This document shows positions 27,845-36,037 of a stretch of DNA of 64,000 nt, one piece after another. A program made the translations under genes and the position numbers. This DNA is from Candidatus Peribacteria bacterium (GTDB taxonomy: Bacteria; Patescibacteriota; Gracilibacteria; Peribacterales; Peribacteraceae). The stretch is taken from the NCBI GenBank assembly GCA_028286915.1, contig JAQBQQ010000023.1, positions 8,005-72,004 on the forward strand. Reading direction: 5' to 3'. The stretch's first letter is position 1. Every line of letters starts with the position of its first letter. The notes beneath the pieces are model-generated. The model searched no databases and was not told where the DNA came from. It was given only the letters and a program-made list of their open reading frames with translations.

Positions 27845-28078
27845 ATGGATAGAACCTTAACAGGCCAGGGGAAAACGCTCAATGGAGTTTTGTGATTGAG
27901 TTGCTATTGAATAGTACTTCGATTTGTCCGCCGCCGCCGCGAAGACAAAGGTAATTCGACTGAGCAGAGCCGCTATGATTAAATGAAAGAGCTCCACTCA
28001 TTGTCATTCGACTTGTTCATGTATACAGATCGTGGTTTACCATGAGCAAGCATTGCCGCATCGCGGCTGCGAGTCGAA

Positions 28079-28163
28079 TGGTGCCGAGAGTGGGAATCGA
28101 ACCCACACATCTTGCGATACACGATTTTGAGTCGTGCGCGTCTACCAATTCCGCCATCCCGGC
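28079..28163 (-). tRNA. tRNA-Leu (anticodon CAA), CCA encoded
   Basis: Class II cloverleaf: gccggga/tctcggc acceptor, anticodon loop ctCAAaa, 13-nt variable arm, T arm gtggg-ttcgatt-cccac. Confidence 0.9.
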
Positions 28164-28297
28164 ATGGGATACTTCCATAAAGTCTTACCTAAACGCTCTA
28201 TCTGCGAGCGGAGTTTATCCTGAGCCGGGCCGAAGGGCCATCCCGGCACGGGAGATTCTCATAAAGTATTACCCAAATGTTCTATTTACGAGCGGAG
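28153..28297. repeat. 61-nt direct repeat x2 (period 84 nt) covering the tRNA-Leu 5' end and upstream region
   Basis: 28153-28213 and 28237-28297 match at 50 of 61 positions. Each copy starts (minus sense) with an upstream block and ends with gccgggatggc, the first 11 nt of tRNA-Leu. Confidence 0.85.
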
Positions 28298-28729
28298 CTA
28301 TCCTAACTGCTTTGCCTTTTCTGCAAAAGCCATTTCCAGCAACGCCGGCAAATGCGGGTGTAAATAGGGGAATTGATGGATTTCTTCGCGTGTTATCCAG
28401 GCAAATCCTTTATGTTCTTTGCTCAAAATGACATTTGGGGTGGCGGTTTTACACAGAAAATACACACCATACTGCGGTTGCTGAAAGCCCATCCAGTTAT
28501 CCACGCCCAGCACCCGGCCTACTTCTACATCTGTAATTTTTGTCTCTTCCTCTATTTCCCGCAGCAGACCGTCGATCCACTTTTCCTGTACATGCAGACG
28601 GCCGCCGGGAAGCAGCCATTTGCCATCGGATTTTTGGCCTTTCGGGCCGTTCGGCAGCTGGAGAATCAGCAACTTATTGTCCGGTCCAAATAATAACGCG
28701 CCTTGGGTGACTTCTGTGAGGAGATGCAT
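28298..28729 (-). CDS. NUDIX hydrolase
   Basis: ORF 28298..28792. NUDIX box GGRLHVQEKWIDGLLREIEEETKI. Start taken at MHLLTEV. Confidence 0.85.
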   Translation of the reverse strand: MHLLTEVTQGALLFGPDNKLLILQLPNGPKGQKSDGKWLLPGGRLHVQEKWIDGLLREIEEETKITDVEVGRVLGVDNWMGFQQPQYGVYFLCKTATPNVILSKEHKGFAWITREEIHQFPYLHPHLPALLEMAFAEKAKQLG

Positions 28730-28798
28730 GGGGGTAGTATAGACAAGGAAACTTATAAATGAGAGACATTTCCTGGTCTGACAAAATTCCAATGGTCC

Positions 28799-28816
28799 GC
28801 GGCCAGGTACGGCCGC
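28799..28816. repeat. hairpin gcggcc-aggtac-ggccgc (3' flank of the Y1 transposase gene)
   Basis: Its reverse complement equals the 29408 hairpin except for one compensated base pair. Confidence 0.75.
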
Positions 28817-28822
28817 TCTGGT

Positions 28823-29230
28823 TTAGGGCAACGGATCAAGGGGCCATAATTTCCGTGCTGACGACCATGAATATTCAAAGGGCGTGTCGCATAATCCCTT
28901 TTTTACCGGATTCATATGAATATAGTTCAGTGTTGCATATAGATTATCAGGCAATGTCATATAAAACCGCGGTTGCCATAAGGTCATGAGTCCTACGGAA
29001 TGAGCCAGTCCGGATTTATATCGGTTCATGACCAGTGAAATGCGATGTGGTGATTGGATTTTTAATAAAAAGTGGCAGTGGTCAGGCATGATGACAAATC
29101 CATATAATGAAAAATGTTGTAAAGCCTGTACGCGATATAAGACATCTATAGCCTCGCGGGCGAACGCGGGATCAGTAAAAAACGGCTGTCTGTAGTTAAG
29201 TATTCGTGGTAATAAACATGACATGGCCAT
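28823..29230 (-). mobile_element. IS200/RAYT-like Y1 (HUH) transposase gene, short form
   Basis: 135 aa. HUH motif in VIMPDHCHFLL and the catalytic-Tyr motif LNYIHMNPVKKGL. The N-terminal region is shorter than in typical family members. Confidence 0.7.
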
Positions 29231-29317
29231 TTTGAATACGATGTCGTTGCGTCATGTTTCTATTGTTGATGACAGGCTTGTTGTTTTACATCTTGTTTTT
29301 ATTTTTCTTTTGGGTCG

Positions 29318-29335
29318 GCAGCCGGATATGGCTGC
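29318..29335. repeat. hairpin gcagcc-ggatat-ggctgc
   Basis: Same 6-bp stem as the 29408 hairpin with a different loop. Lies upstream of the Y1 transposase gene. Confidence 0.7.
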
Positions 29336-29407
29336 TATTAGCGGTGGAACCCGTTCCATGGTCCTGTGGAACCGATTATTTTATTTCGGTATAGTACCAC
29401 CCGCAGA

Positions 29408-29425
29408 GCAGCCGTACCTGGCTGC
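29408..29425. repeat. hairpin gcagcc-gtacct-ggctgc (5' flank of the Y1 transposase gene)
   Basis: Inverted counterpart of the 28799-28816 hairpin. Confidence 0.75.
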
Positions 29426-29676
29426 GACCTTATAATCTAAAAATCGCCAGTATTTCTTTTACAAGTCTGTAAGGAAATTGATAGAATAACGTCCATGACT
29501 ATTCTGTCATTCTGGAAAGAGCTCCTCGACGCGCTACGCAGTATTCTCCAGGGTCCCGTACCTGAATACGTTCCTGTTCGCAGCAAGAGACCGCGCTCAT
29601 GAGGAGACAACGGCATTGGAAAGGTTCTGAACTCAGTTCGGAGCAGGAGAGGATACCTATCGTTTTTGGTGAGCAT

Positions 29677-30948
29677 ATGGCACGCCTGAAGGATCGTGTT
29701 CGGCAGGTGCCCACAGATCCCGGAGTGTACCGCTGGCTCGATAGAACCGGACGGATTCTCTACATTGGCAAGGCGAAGAATCTCCGTAACCGCATGCGGA
29801 GTTACGTCACGGGTTCACATAAAGATGAGGGTGTCTTCAAGCGTTCCATGTGGGATGAAATGTGGGATTTTGAAGTGACGGTGACGAATACCGAACTGGA
29901 GGCGTTAATTTTAGAAATGCATCTTATCCGCAGCCAGAAGCCCCTGTACAACGTGGCACTTACGCGGGACCGCCACTATGTGTACGTTCGCGTGGGCCGT
30001 ACGGAATTGTACCCAAATGTGACCATTGTAGGGAAGAGAGGCATGGATGATGCGGCGTATTTCGGACCGTTTGTAGACCCGTACGGGCAAGAGCGCATGC
30101 TGGAGCTGCTCCGGAGTATTTTCCCGTTCCGGACATGTGGCATGGGAATCGGGATGAAGAATCCGGGACTATTTGATCTGGAAACAGGAGAGACAGGGGA
30201 TACAAGGGAAACAGGGGATCTGAAAAGCAGGGTGGCGTTGGATGTGGTGCTGACAAAACCGGATAGAAAAATTCCGTGTTTTGATTTTCATATCCGGCGG
30301 TGCAGTGCGCCGTGTGAGGGGCTTATTAGTCCGGCGGAGTACCAAGAGGAATGCATAGACGGCGTGATGGAATTTTATGGCGGACAATTCGGCAAAGTGG
30401 TGGATCGTCTGATTGACCGCATGAAGGCATCCAGGGGCGAGCGCAAATACCAGCGGGCGCTGGAAATTCTGCGTGCGCTGCAATTTATCCGCAGTATGCA
30501 GAAGCAGCATCTTATGATTGGCATGGCAGGAATGACGGCCGATGCCATAGGAGTCGTGTGCATGAAGAGGACAGTGCAGATTGCCGTGTTGCAAATACGC
30601 GGTGGCAATATTGTGAATGAGGTGGCGGTAAAAATCCGAGGCACAGAAGCCACTATGCATGATGTGTTGCAGACATTTTTGGCCGAATATTATTCGCAGG
30701 TTTCGGCGGTGCCGGATGTACTGTTAATGGAACACGATTTACCGCAGATGGATGTGATCAGACAGGTGTTAAACGCCGGGCGGGAGAAGCCTGTGAAAAT
30801 CGAAAAACCTAAAAAAAAGAGCGAGAAAGCGCGTTTACTTGAACTGGCAAAAGATAACGCGCTTAAAAAGCTGGAAGCGGAACGCATCAAAAGAAGCGTG
30901 GTGCAAAAACACGGCGCTCTTCGAGGCATACCAAGTATGTCAGACTGA
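29677..30948 (+). CDS. UvrC-like excinuclease, N-terminal GIY-YIG half only
   Basis: ORF 29599..30948. GVYRWLDRTGRILYIGKAKNLRNRMRSY is a GIY-YIG motif, and CFDFHIRRCSAPCEG is the UvrC Cys motif. At 424 aa it lacks the C-terminal endonuclease and (HhH)2 domains of ~600-aa UvrC. Confidence 0.75.
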   Translation: MARLKDRVRQVPTDPGVYRWLDRTGRILYIGKAKNLRNRMRSYVTGSHKDEGVFKRSMWDEMWDFEVTVTNTELEALILEMHLIRSQKPLYNVALTRDRHYVYVRVGRTELYPNVTIVGKRGMDDAAYFGPFVDPYGQERMLELLRSIFPFRTCGMGIGMKNPGLFDLETGETGDTRETGDLKSRVALDVVLTKPDRKIPCFDFHIRRCSAPCEGLISPAEYQEECIDGVMEFYGGQFGKVVDRLIDRMKASRGERKYQRALEILRALQFIRSMQKQHLMIGMAGMTADAIGVVCMKRTVQIAVLQIRGGNIVNEVAVKIRGTEATMHDVLQTFLAEYYSQVSAVPDVLLMEHDLPQMDVIRQVLNAGREKPVKIEKPKKKSEKARLLELAKDNALKKLEAERIKRSVVQKHGALRGIPSMSD

Positions 30949-30988
30949 CGGCCGTGCCTTTTAAGGTGCTCAGAATATGATCCGCGTT

Positions 30989-31618
30989 TCAGATGAGCGC
31001 CAACACATCTTCATCCTCCAGCTGTGGAAAATTCTCATACCATTCGCCAACCGAGTGAAAGGGCATGGGATTACGCAGAACAATGACGTCATCGGCTTTT
31101 TGGCGCAGGAAGGCCATGGTTTCCATGGGTGCCACGGGAAGGGCGACAATAATTTTCTCGGCGCCCGCTTTACTAATATCGCCGATTGCCGCCAGCATGC
31201 TGCCGCCGGTGGCCGCGCCGTCATCTACCAGAATGATGATCTTTCCTTCTATGTCGGGTTGGCTGCGACTGCCGAATATTTCTTTACGGCGGCGGAGCTC
31301 GGCCATTTCTTTTTCTATCACCGGTTCCAGGCTTTCCCATGTCAGGCCATACGTGCGCATTAAATTTTCATCCAGATACGTTTCGCCGCCTTCGGCAATG
31401 GCGCCGACACCATACTCCGGCTTATCCGGGTGCCCGATTTTACGGACAATGTATGGGTAGGCCGGGACATGCAGTTTATCGGCAATCACTTTTGCCACTG
31501 GCATGCCGCCGCGGATCAGACCGAATACCAGCACATTTGGCTGGCCGTTAAAACTTTCCAGCCGGTCCGAGAGAACGTAGCCGGCTTGCTCGCGATCTGT
31601 AAAAAGAGGCTCGATCAT
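30989..31618 (-). CDS. phosphoribosyltransferase-family protein
   Basis: 209 aa. PRPP-binding motif IIILVDDGAATGGSM. Confidence 0.8.
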   Translation of the reverse strand: MIEPLFTDREQAGYVLSDRLESFNGQPNVLVFGLIRGGMPVAKVIADKLHVPAYPYIVRKIGHPDKPEYGVGAIAEGGETYLDENLMRTYGLTWESLEPVIEKEMAELRRRKEIFGSRSQPDIEGKIIILVDDGAATGGSMLAAIGDISKAGAEKIIVALPVAPMETMAFLRQKADDVIVLRNPMPFHSVGEWYENFPQLEDEDVLALI

Positions 31619-31989
31619 ACATATGCAGTGTACGTATCTGGACGTTTCTGGCCAGCGATCATGACAGATATTTTCATGGCTTGCCGTACATGGATCGCAG
31701 CATTTATACGAACCGTTTCGTTTTTTGTGCAGGGAGATGATCAGAAGATTTGTAACATACAGATCAGCTCCATCTCATCGCATAATCGCAAGTGTAATCA
31801 TAAATATGTATAGCCATTCGCTCTGCTGATTTCTTCATCGCCAATTGGCGATAGTCACTGGAAGATCAGCATATCAGACATACCGGTCAATGGCTTTGTG
31901 TAAGGCAAAAAGTGGCTTACCGTCAATGAAGGCTCGCTCAATACTAACGGCTTCGGAGCATGATTTTTATTCTTTTTCCCCTCTTGTCT

Positions 31990-33375
31990 ATGCCCATAAA
32001 GTTTCTTTTATCAACCGTGTCGGCCTTGGCCATTGCAACGGCGGTGACGACGGCACCGGTGCTCGCTCAGGTAAGTAGCAGTATGTCTTCCGCATCATCA
32101 GTTAGTGCCGCCGTATCCTCCGGGACAATAACAAGCAGTGCAACACAGCCATCATCGGCTGCCAGTATATATTCTGCCCCGGCTTCGGCTGCAGGCGGTG
32201 GTGCATCATCCATCTCCGGCGGAGTATCATCCGGCGCGGCTTCTATGAGCACGGGTACTACAGGTTCTTCCAGCAGCGCCATTAGCAGCGCCATGCCGGT
32301 CAGTTCGTCCTCGCGCTCCATAATGTCCAGTGCAGGCTTGCCATCCGGTTCAATTTCCAGTGGTGCCGCATCCATGTCGGCAGGTTCTCTTAGTTCACTG
32401 TCTTCCTCCTCGCTGTCGAATGCCGGTCTGGCATCGTCGCCTGGTAGCAGTTCGGCTATGAGTAGATCATCAGTAGCAACATCATCGGTCACATCCGGGA
32501 TCAGTTCCCAGGGTGCCACTTCTTCGCGCATGTCATCCGCTTCGTCATTATCAAGCTCTTCGTTATCCGTTGCTTCGTCGTCAAAAGCTGCGACAGGCTC
32601 TTCATCTGTGCTTAAAGTGACATGGACAGATTTGCATGGCGGTCAGCCACAGGCCATGAGCGGAACATATATTGATTTTGAGAAAACGGCCGAAAAGCCG
32701 CCGCTCGGCAATGGCAGCATGAAGCTTTTGGTGTTGTCGGGTTCCAATGCCGCGCAATTCCGTTTGTCGAGTTTTAGCGGGACAAAATTATCTGATATTA
32801 CAGATATGTCTTACTACACGCATGTAGCCAGTGCATCGGGCGGCCTGGTGCCGTACATTATTTTGAATGTGGATCAGAACGGCGACGGAACGATTGATGA
32901 TCTGCTCTTTTTTGAGCCGTTCTACCAGGACGGCAGCTATGGTCCGTCTCTGCCAAGCCAGGGTGATATTATGGCCAACAGCTGGCAAAAGTGGGATGCC
33001 GCGCATGGCGGTTGGTGGTCGGCTTACGGTGATGCCGGTGCCATGCCCGGAACAGGTATTATGACGCTCTCGCAGTACGCGGTTGCGTTTCCAAAGGCCG
33101 TTATCGCCAATTCCAGTCTTGGCGGAGGCATACGTATTGCCGTAGGATTTGGTGATACCATGTGGAATAACTCCCTGGCCCATGTGGATGCGCTTACGGT
33201 AGGGACGGCCAAGAGCGGCACGGTAACATACGACTTTGAGCCGCTTCTAACAGTCAAGTCAGCCGCCGACTGCAAAAATAACGGCTGGATGCAGCTGGAC
33301 AGTCCGGCATTCAGCAGCCAGACAGAATGTGTGAATTTCGTTCTGGGAAAGATGAAAAAAAGTCTTAATCAGTAA
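31990..33375 (+). CDS. secreted serine-rich surface protein
   Basis: ORF 31960..33375. Signal peptide MPIKFLLSTVSALAIATAVTTAPVLA, about 190 aa of Ser/Ala/Gly low complexity, then a ~250-aa globular C-terminal domain. Confidence 0.65.
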   Translation: MPIKFLLSTVSALAIATAVTTAPVLAQVSSSMSSASSVSAAVSSGTITSSATQPSSAASIYSAPASAAGGGASSISGGVSSGAASMSTGTTGSSSSAISSAMPVSSSSRSIMSSAGLPSGSISSGAASMSAGSLSSLSSSSLSNAGLASSPGSSSAMSRSSVATSSVTSGISSQGATSSRMSSASSLSSSSLSVASSSKAATGSSSVLKVTWTDLHGGQPQAMSGTYIDFEKTAEKPPLGNGSMKLLVLSGSNAAQFRLSSFSGTKLSDITDMSYYTHVASASGGLVPYIILNVDQNGDGTIDDLLFFEPFYQDGSYGPSLPSQGDIMANSWQKWDAAHGGWWSAYGDAGAMPGTGIMTLSQYAVAFPKAVIANSSLGGGIRIAVGFGDTMWNNSLAHVDALTVGTAKSGTVTYDFEPLLTVKSAADCKNNGWMQLDSPAFSSQTECVNFVLGKMKKSLNQ

Positions 33376-33400
33376 AGTAGAGTTCGTACGTTCATAGCGA

Positions 33401-33432
33401 AAAATCCGCGGGCGAATGTCCGCGGATTTTTT
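33401..33432 (+). terminator. rho-independent terminator
   Basis: 11-bp stem aaaatccgcgg/ccgcggatttt with an 8-nt loop, then a T-run. Confidence 0.85.
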
Positions 33433-33580
33433 ATACTCCAGATACAGCGCCATCGGTTGTAATTTTTCGAGTCAGATTTATATCTTGGCGCTTCGCTCAC
33501 TTTTTGGATACGTGGAATGTCCCTATCCAGCGCAGGCCTGTCATATTGCCTTTTATGCCTTCAGGCTTTACTCTCGGTTC

Positions 33581-34531
33581 ATGTTTGATGTACTTGTTAT
33601 TGGCGTAGGTGCGGCTGGCTATACGGCTGCTATTTATGCCGCACGCTACAAGCTGAAGACGCTTATCGTAGGTGCGGAGGAAGGTGGTATGGGAATTACG
33701 GCAGCGGACGTAGGCAACTGGCCGGGTGAAATAGAAATCCGCGGTCCGGACCTTATGGAAAAGTTTAAAAAGCACGCAACGTCTTTTGAAGAGGTAACGC
33801 ACAAAATCGGCCGGGTGGAAATGCTGGAAAAAATGGCAGACGGTCATTTTAAGGCCACCATGCAGAACGGTGACATATACGAGGCACGGACAATTATTCT
33901 GGCTACCGGTTCCAATAAGCGTCATTTGGGCATACCGGGCGAGAAAGAATTTTCCGGAAAAGGCGTTACGTACTGCGCCACATGCGATGCGTTCTTTTAT
34001 AAGAATAAAACGGTTGCCGTGCTGGGCGGGGGAGACAGCGCTGTGGAGGGTGCCGCCATTGCCGCGCAGGTAGCGGCTAAAGTGTACCTGGTCCACCGTC
34101 GCGATACGTTTCGCGCCGAGCCATACTGGGTGGAAAAGGTAAAGTCCAAAGAAAATGTCGTGTTTGTTCTGGAGCGGAACGTCCTGGAGGTTTTGGGTGA
34201 GCAGAAAGTAGCCGGAATCAAGCTGGATAAGGCATTTGAAGGTTCGGATATTCTGGCCGTTGACGGTGTGTTTATTGAAATCGGCTCGAATCCGTCGGTG
34301 GATCTGGCAGTACAACTTGGCTGCAGGATTGATGAGAAGGGTTTTATGGATGTGGATAAAAGCATGCGGTCGTCCACGCCGGGCGTCTTTGGCGCCGGGG
34401 ATGTAACCAACGGCAGCAATTACTTTGCCCAGTTTACGACGGCAGCGGGTGAAGGAGCTACGGCTGCAAATGGTGTATTTAACTACCTGCAGGGCGACCA
34501 GCATCATGGCTGGATGCAGGGGGCATGTTAA
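33581..34531 (+). CDS. trxB: thioredoxin-disulfide reductase
   Basis: ORF 33416..34531. FAD motif VLVIGVGAAGYTAAIYAAR, redox-active CATC, NADPH motif VLGGGDSAVEGA, and GAGDV. Confidence 0.9.
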   Translation: MFDVLVIGVGAAGYTAAIYAARYKLKTLIVGAEEGGMGITAADVGNWPGEIEIRGPDLMEKFKKHATSFEEVTHKIGRVEMLEKMADGHFKATMQNGDIYEARTIILATGSNKRHLGIPGEKEFSGKGVTYCATCDAFFYKNKTVAVLGGGDSAVEGAAIAAQVAAKVYLVHRRDTFRAEPYWVEKVKSKENVVFVLERNVLEVLGEQKVAGIKLDKAFEGSDILAVDGVFIEIGSNPSVDLAVQLGCRIDEKGFMDVDKSMRSSTPGVFGAGDVTNGSNYFAQFTTAAGEGATAANGVFNYLQGDQHHGWMQGAC

Positions 34532-34674
34532 GGATGTGAATATTGAGGTTTAAGTTTTGAATTGTGATATAATTTGACGAGTGCATCAGTTTAATACGCT
34601 TGACATTATTTTATAATTTTGTATTATACAAAAAGTGTTCTTTTTGTATACCGTCTCAAGTTAGGAGTCGATTC

Positions 34675-35010
34675 ATGGCTGATGCTCTTACCAAAGATTG
34701 CCTGTCGTTCGCTGTTCGTCCCTCGATGTGGCACATCATCGGCCCGGTCGTCCGCGCGGCCGTCGATGAGTACCAAAACCATCGGCCGGGGATGTTGGAA
34801 GATATCATTATCCTGACTGGTGCTGCTACGAGGAAGGACTTCTGCGACCTGAAGTGGCCAAGAGTGGTCTCGTGTGTGGTCTACGCCCATGGTGCCGCGG
34901 TGACGGATGGGATCAATCTCCTATTGGAGGACTTTCTCAAGGCCGAGTGGCCGCACGACATCCAGTTCTTCGAGCATGCGACCTGTTCGCGCCCGACGAG
35001 GAAACGGTGA
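34675..35010 (+). CDS. hypothetical protein, high-GC3 single-gene cassette
   Basis: ORF 34600..35010. The ATG at 34675 is preceded by AGGAG. Codon third positions are visibly G/C-rich compared with neighbouring genes. It has its own terminator. Confidence 0.55.
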   Translation: MADALTKDCLSFAVRPSMWHIIGPVVRAAVDEYQNHRPGMLEDIIILTGAATRKDFCDLKWPRVVSCVVYAHGAAVTDGINLLLEDFLKAEWPHDIQFFEHATCSRPTRKR

Positions 35011-35034
35011 ATGAACACATTAAGGCGTAAGCCT

Positions 35035-35065
35035 CTGCCCGGTCATCGCGACCGGGCAGTTTTTT
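35035..35065 (+). terminator. rho-independent terminator
   Basis: 10-bp stem ctgcccggtc/gaccgggcag, loop atcgc, T6. Confidence 0.85.
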
Positions 35066-35170
35066 GCATTGGAGTTTATGATTTGTTTGGATCCTCGTAC
35101 TTAGGATTTCGTATTTTACCCATAATTTTCCCTTGCATCACTTCACAGACCTCACTAAAGTACCGGAACT

Positions 35171-35374
35171 ATGCCACGCGGTGATAGAATCGTTTTTGCC
35201 GGCACATGCAAGGGTTCAACCAATAACCCGGATTGTAACAAGCGCACTGCAACCGTGCGTTTGCACCGTCAGAAGAACGGCAAAAGCTGGAAAGACTTCA
35301 AATTGGAGAAGTATTGCTCTACGTGCCGGGTAAGGACGGAAGTAAAGTTTAAAGAAGAACGACACAGCAAGTAA
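35171..35374 (+). CDS. rpmG: ribosomal protein L33-like
   Basis: 67 aa. The Cys pairs and the C-terminal KLEKYCSTCRVRTEVKFKE resemble the L33 zinc-ribbon pattern (..KKYC..C.K.T.H.E.K). The N-terminal half is divergent. Confidence 0.5.
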   Translation: MPRGDRIVFAGTCKGSTNNPDCNKRTATVRLHRQKNGKSWKDFKLEKYCSTCRVRTEVKFKEERHSK

Positions 35375-35420
35375 TCATTCTGAAGATTAGAGTCTTTATG
35401 GAGCTTATATTTGGCGTAAG

Positions 35421-35497
35421 AAAATTCTAAATAATAAATCCTAAATTCTACTATATGGTTTTTTGTTTAGTGCTTAGAACTTAGTGCTTAGGATTTT
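35421..35497. repeat. inverted CTAA/TTAG heptamer array
   Basis: The left arm aaaattctaaataataaatcctaaattctac faces the right arm ttagtgc ttagaac ttagtgc ttaggat ttt. Same word family as 55433-55504. Confidence 0.8.
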
Positions 35498-35503
35498 ATC
35501 CTC

Positions 35504-36037
35504 TTGTATAGTGCAGCTATGACAGATAAGTACCGTCAGGCGGCTTCCATGATTGTGCTCCGGCCAAACCAGAGTGCCGGTTCAGCTGAGTCTGCGGAGC
35601 CATACGAGCTTCTGTTGCTGCATAAGCCGCGCCGGAATGATGCCTGGCAGTTGCCACAAGGCGGGTTGGAACAAGGTGAAAACGTAGAGCAGGCTGCCTT
35701 ACGGGAGCTGGAGGAAGAAGCAGGTCTTACCGGCTGCACGGTTATCGGCCAGAGTGCCAAAGTGTACTGCTACAATTTTCCATCGTCTTTCCGGCGTTTC
35801 CGGCCGGATGACATCTGCGGCCAGCAGATTGGTTATATTTTCGCATTGGCGCCGGACCATGCACGCATTCGCGTAGATGAAAAAGAAATTGACGGTCATG
35901 TGTGGATTACCCCGTCCCGTTTGCCGGAATTTGTGGAGCGGAGAGAGTATTTACAACTCATGAAGGAATTGGTGGAAGAAGCACTCGCGCTTTTGCCGGC
36001 GGGGCCGGGTCATGGATCACCGCAGGCAGCCGTCTGA
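35504..36037 (+). CDS. NUDIX hydrolase (RppH-like)
   Basis: 177 aa. NUDIX box GGLEQGENVEQAALRELEEEAGL. Confidence 0.85.
   Translation: MYSAAMTDKYRQAASMIVLRPNQSAGSAESAEPYELLLLHKPRRNDAWQLPQGGLEQGENVEQAALRELEEEAGLTGCTVIGQSAKVYCYNFPSSFRRFRPDDICGQQIGYIFALAPDHARIRVDEKEIDGHVWITPSRLPEFVERREYLQLMKELVEEALALLPAGPGHGSPQAAV

Noticed and set aside
29437-29676. 79-aa minus-strand ORF and a possible structured RNA (ctcctc at 29523-28 pairing with gaggag at 29601-06, inner gtattc/gaatac helix) upstream of the uvrC-like gene
   Set aside because: The ORF has no motifs and an odd composition. The helices are short (6 bp), have no covariation support within this window, and match no RNA family I can recognise (not SRP, 6S, tmRNA or RNase P).
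30181-30225. Short repeats gaaacagg(g/a)ga as an independent repeat element
   Set aside because: They lie in frame inside the uvrC-like ORF and encode an ETG/DTR low-complexity insert. They are treated as part of that finding rather than as a separate element.
32067-32531. 154-aa acidic ORF on the minus strand
   Set aside because: It is antisense to the Ser/Ala-rich low-complexity part of the secreted protein 31990-33375. Reverse-complemented Ser-rich DNA automatically gives long Glu/Asp/Ala-rich open frames.
33497-34507. 336-aa minus-strand ORF
   Set aside because: It lies entirely antisense to trxB, which has clear FAD/NADPH and CATC motifs. The antisense product has no motifs and an Arg/Lys/His-rich junk-like composition.
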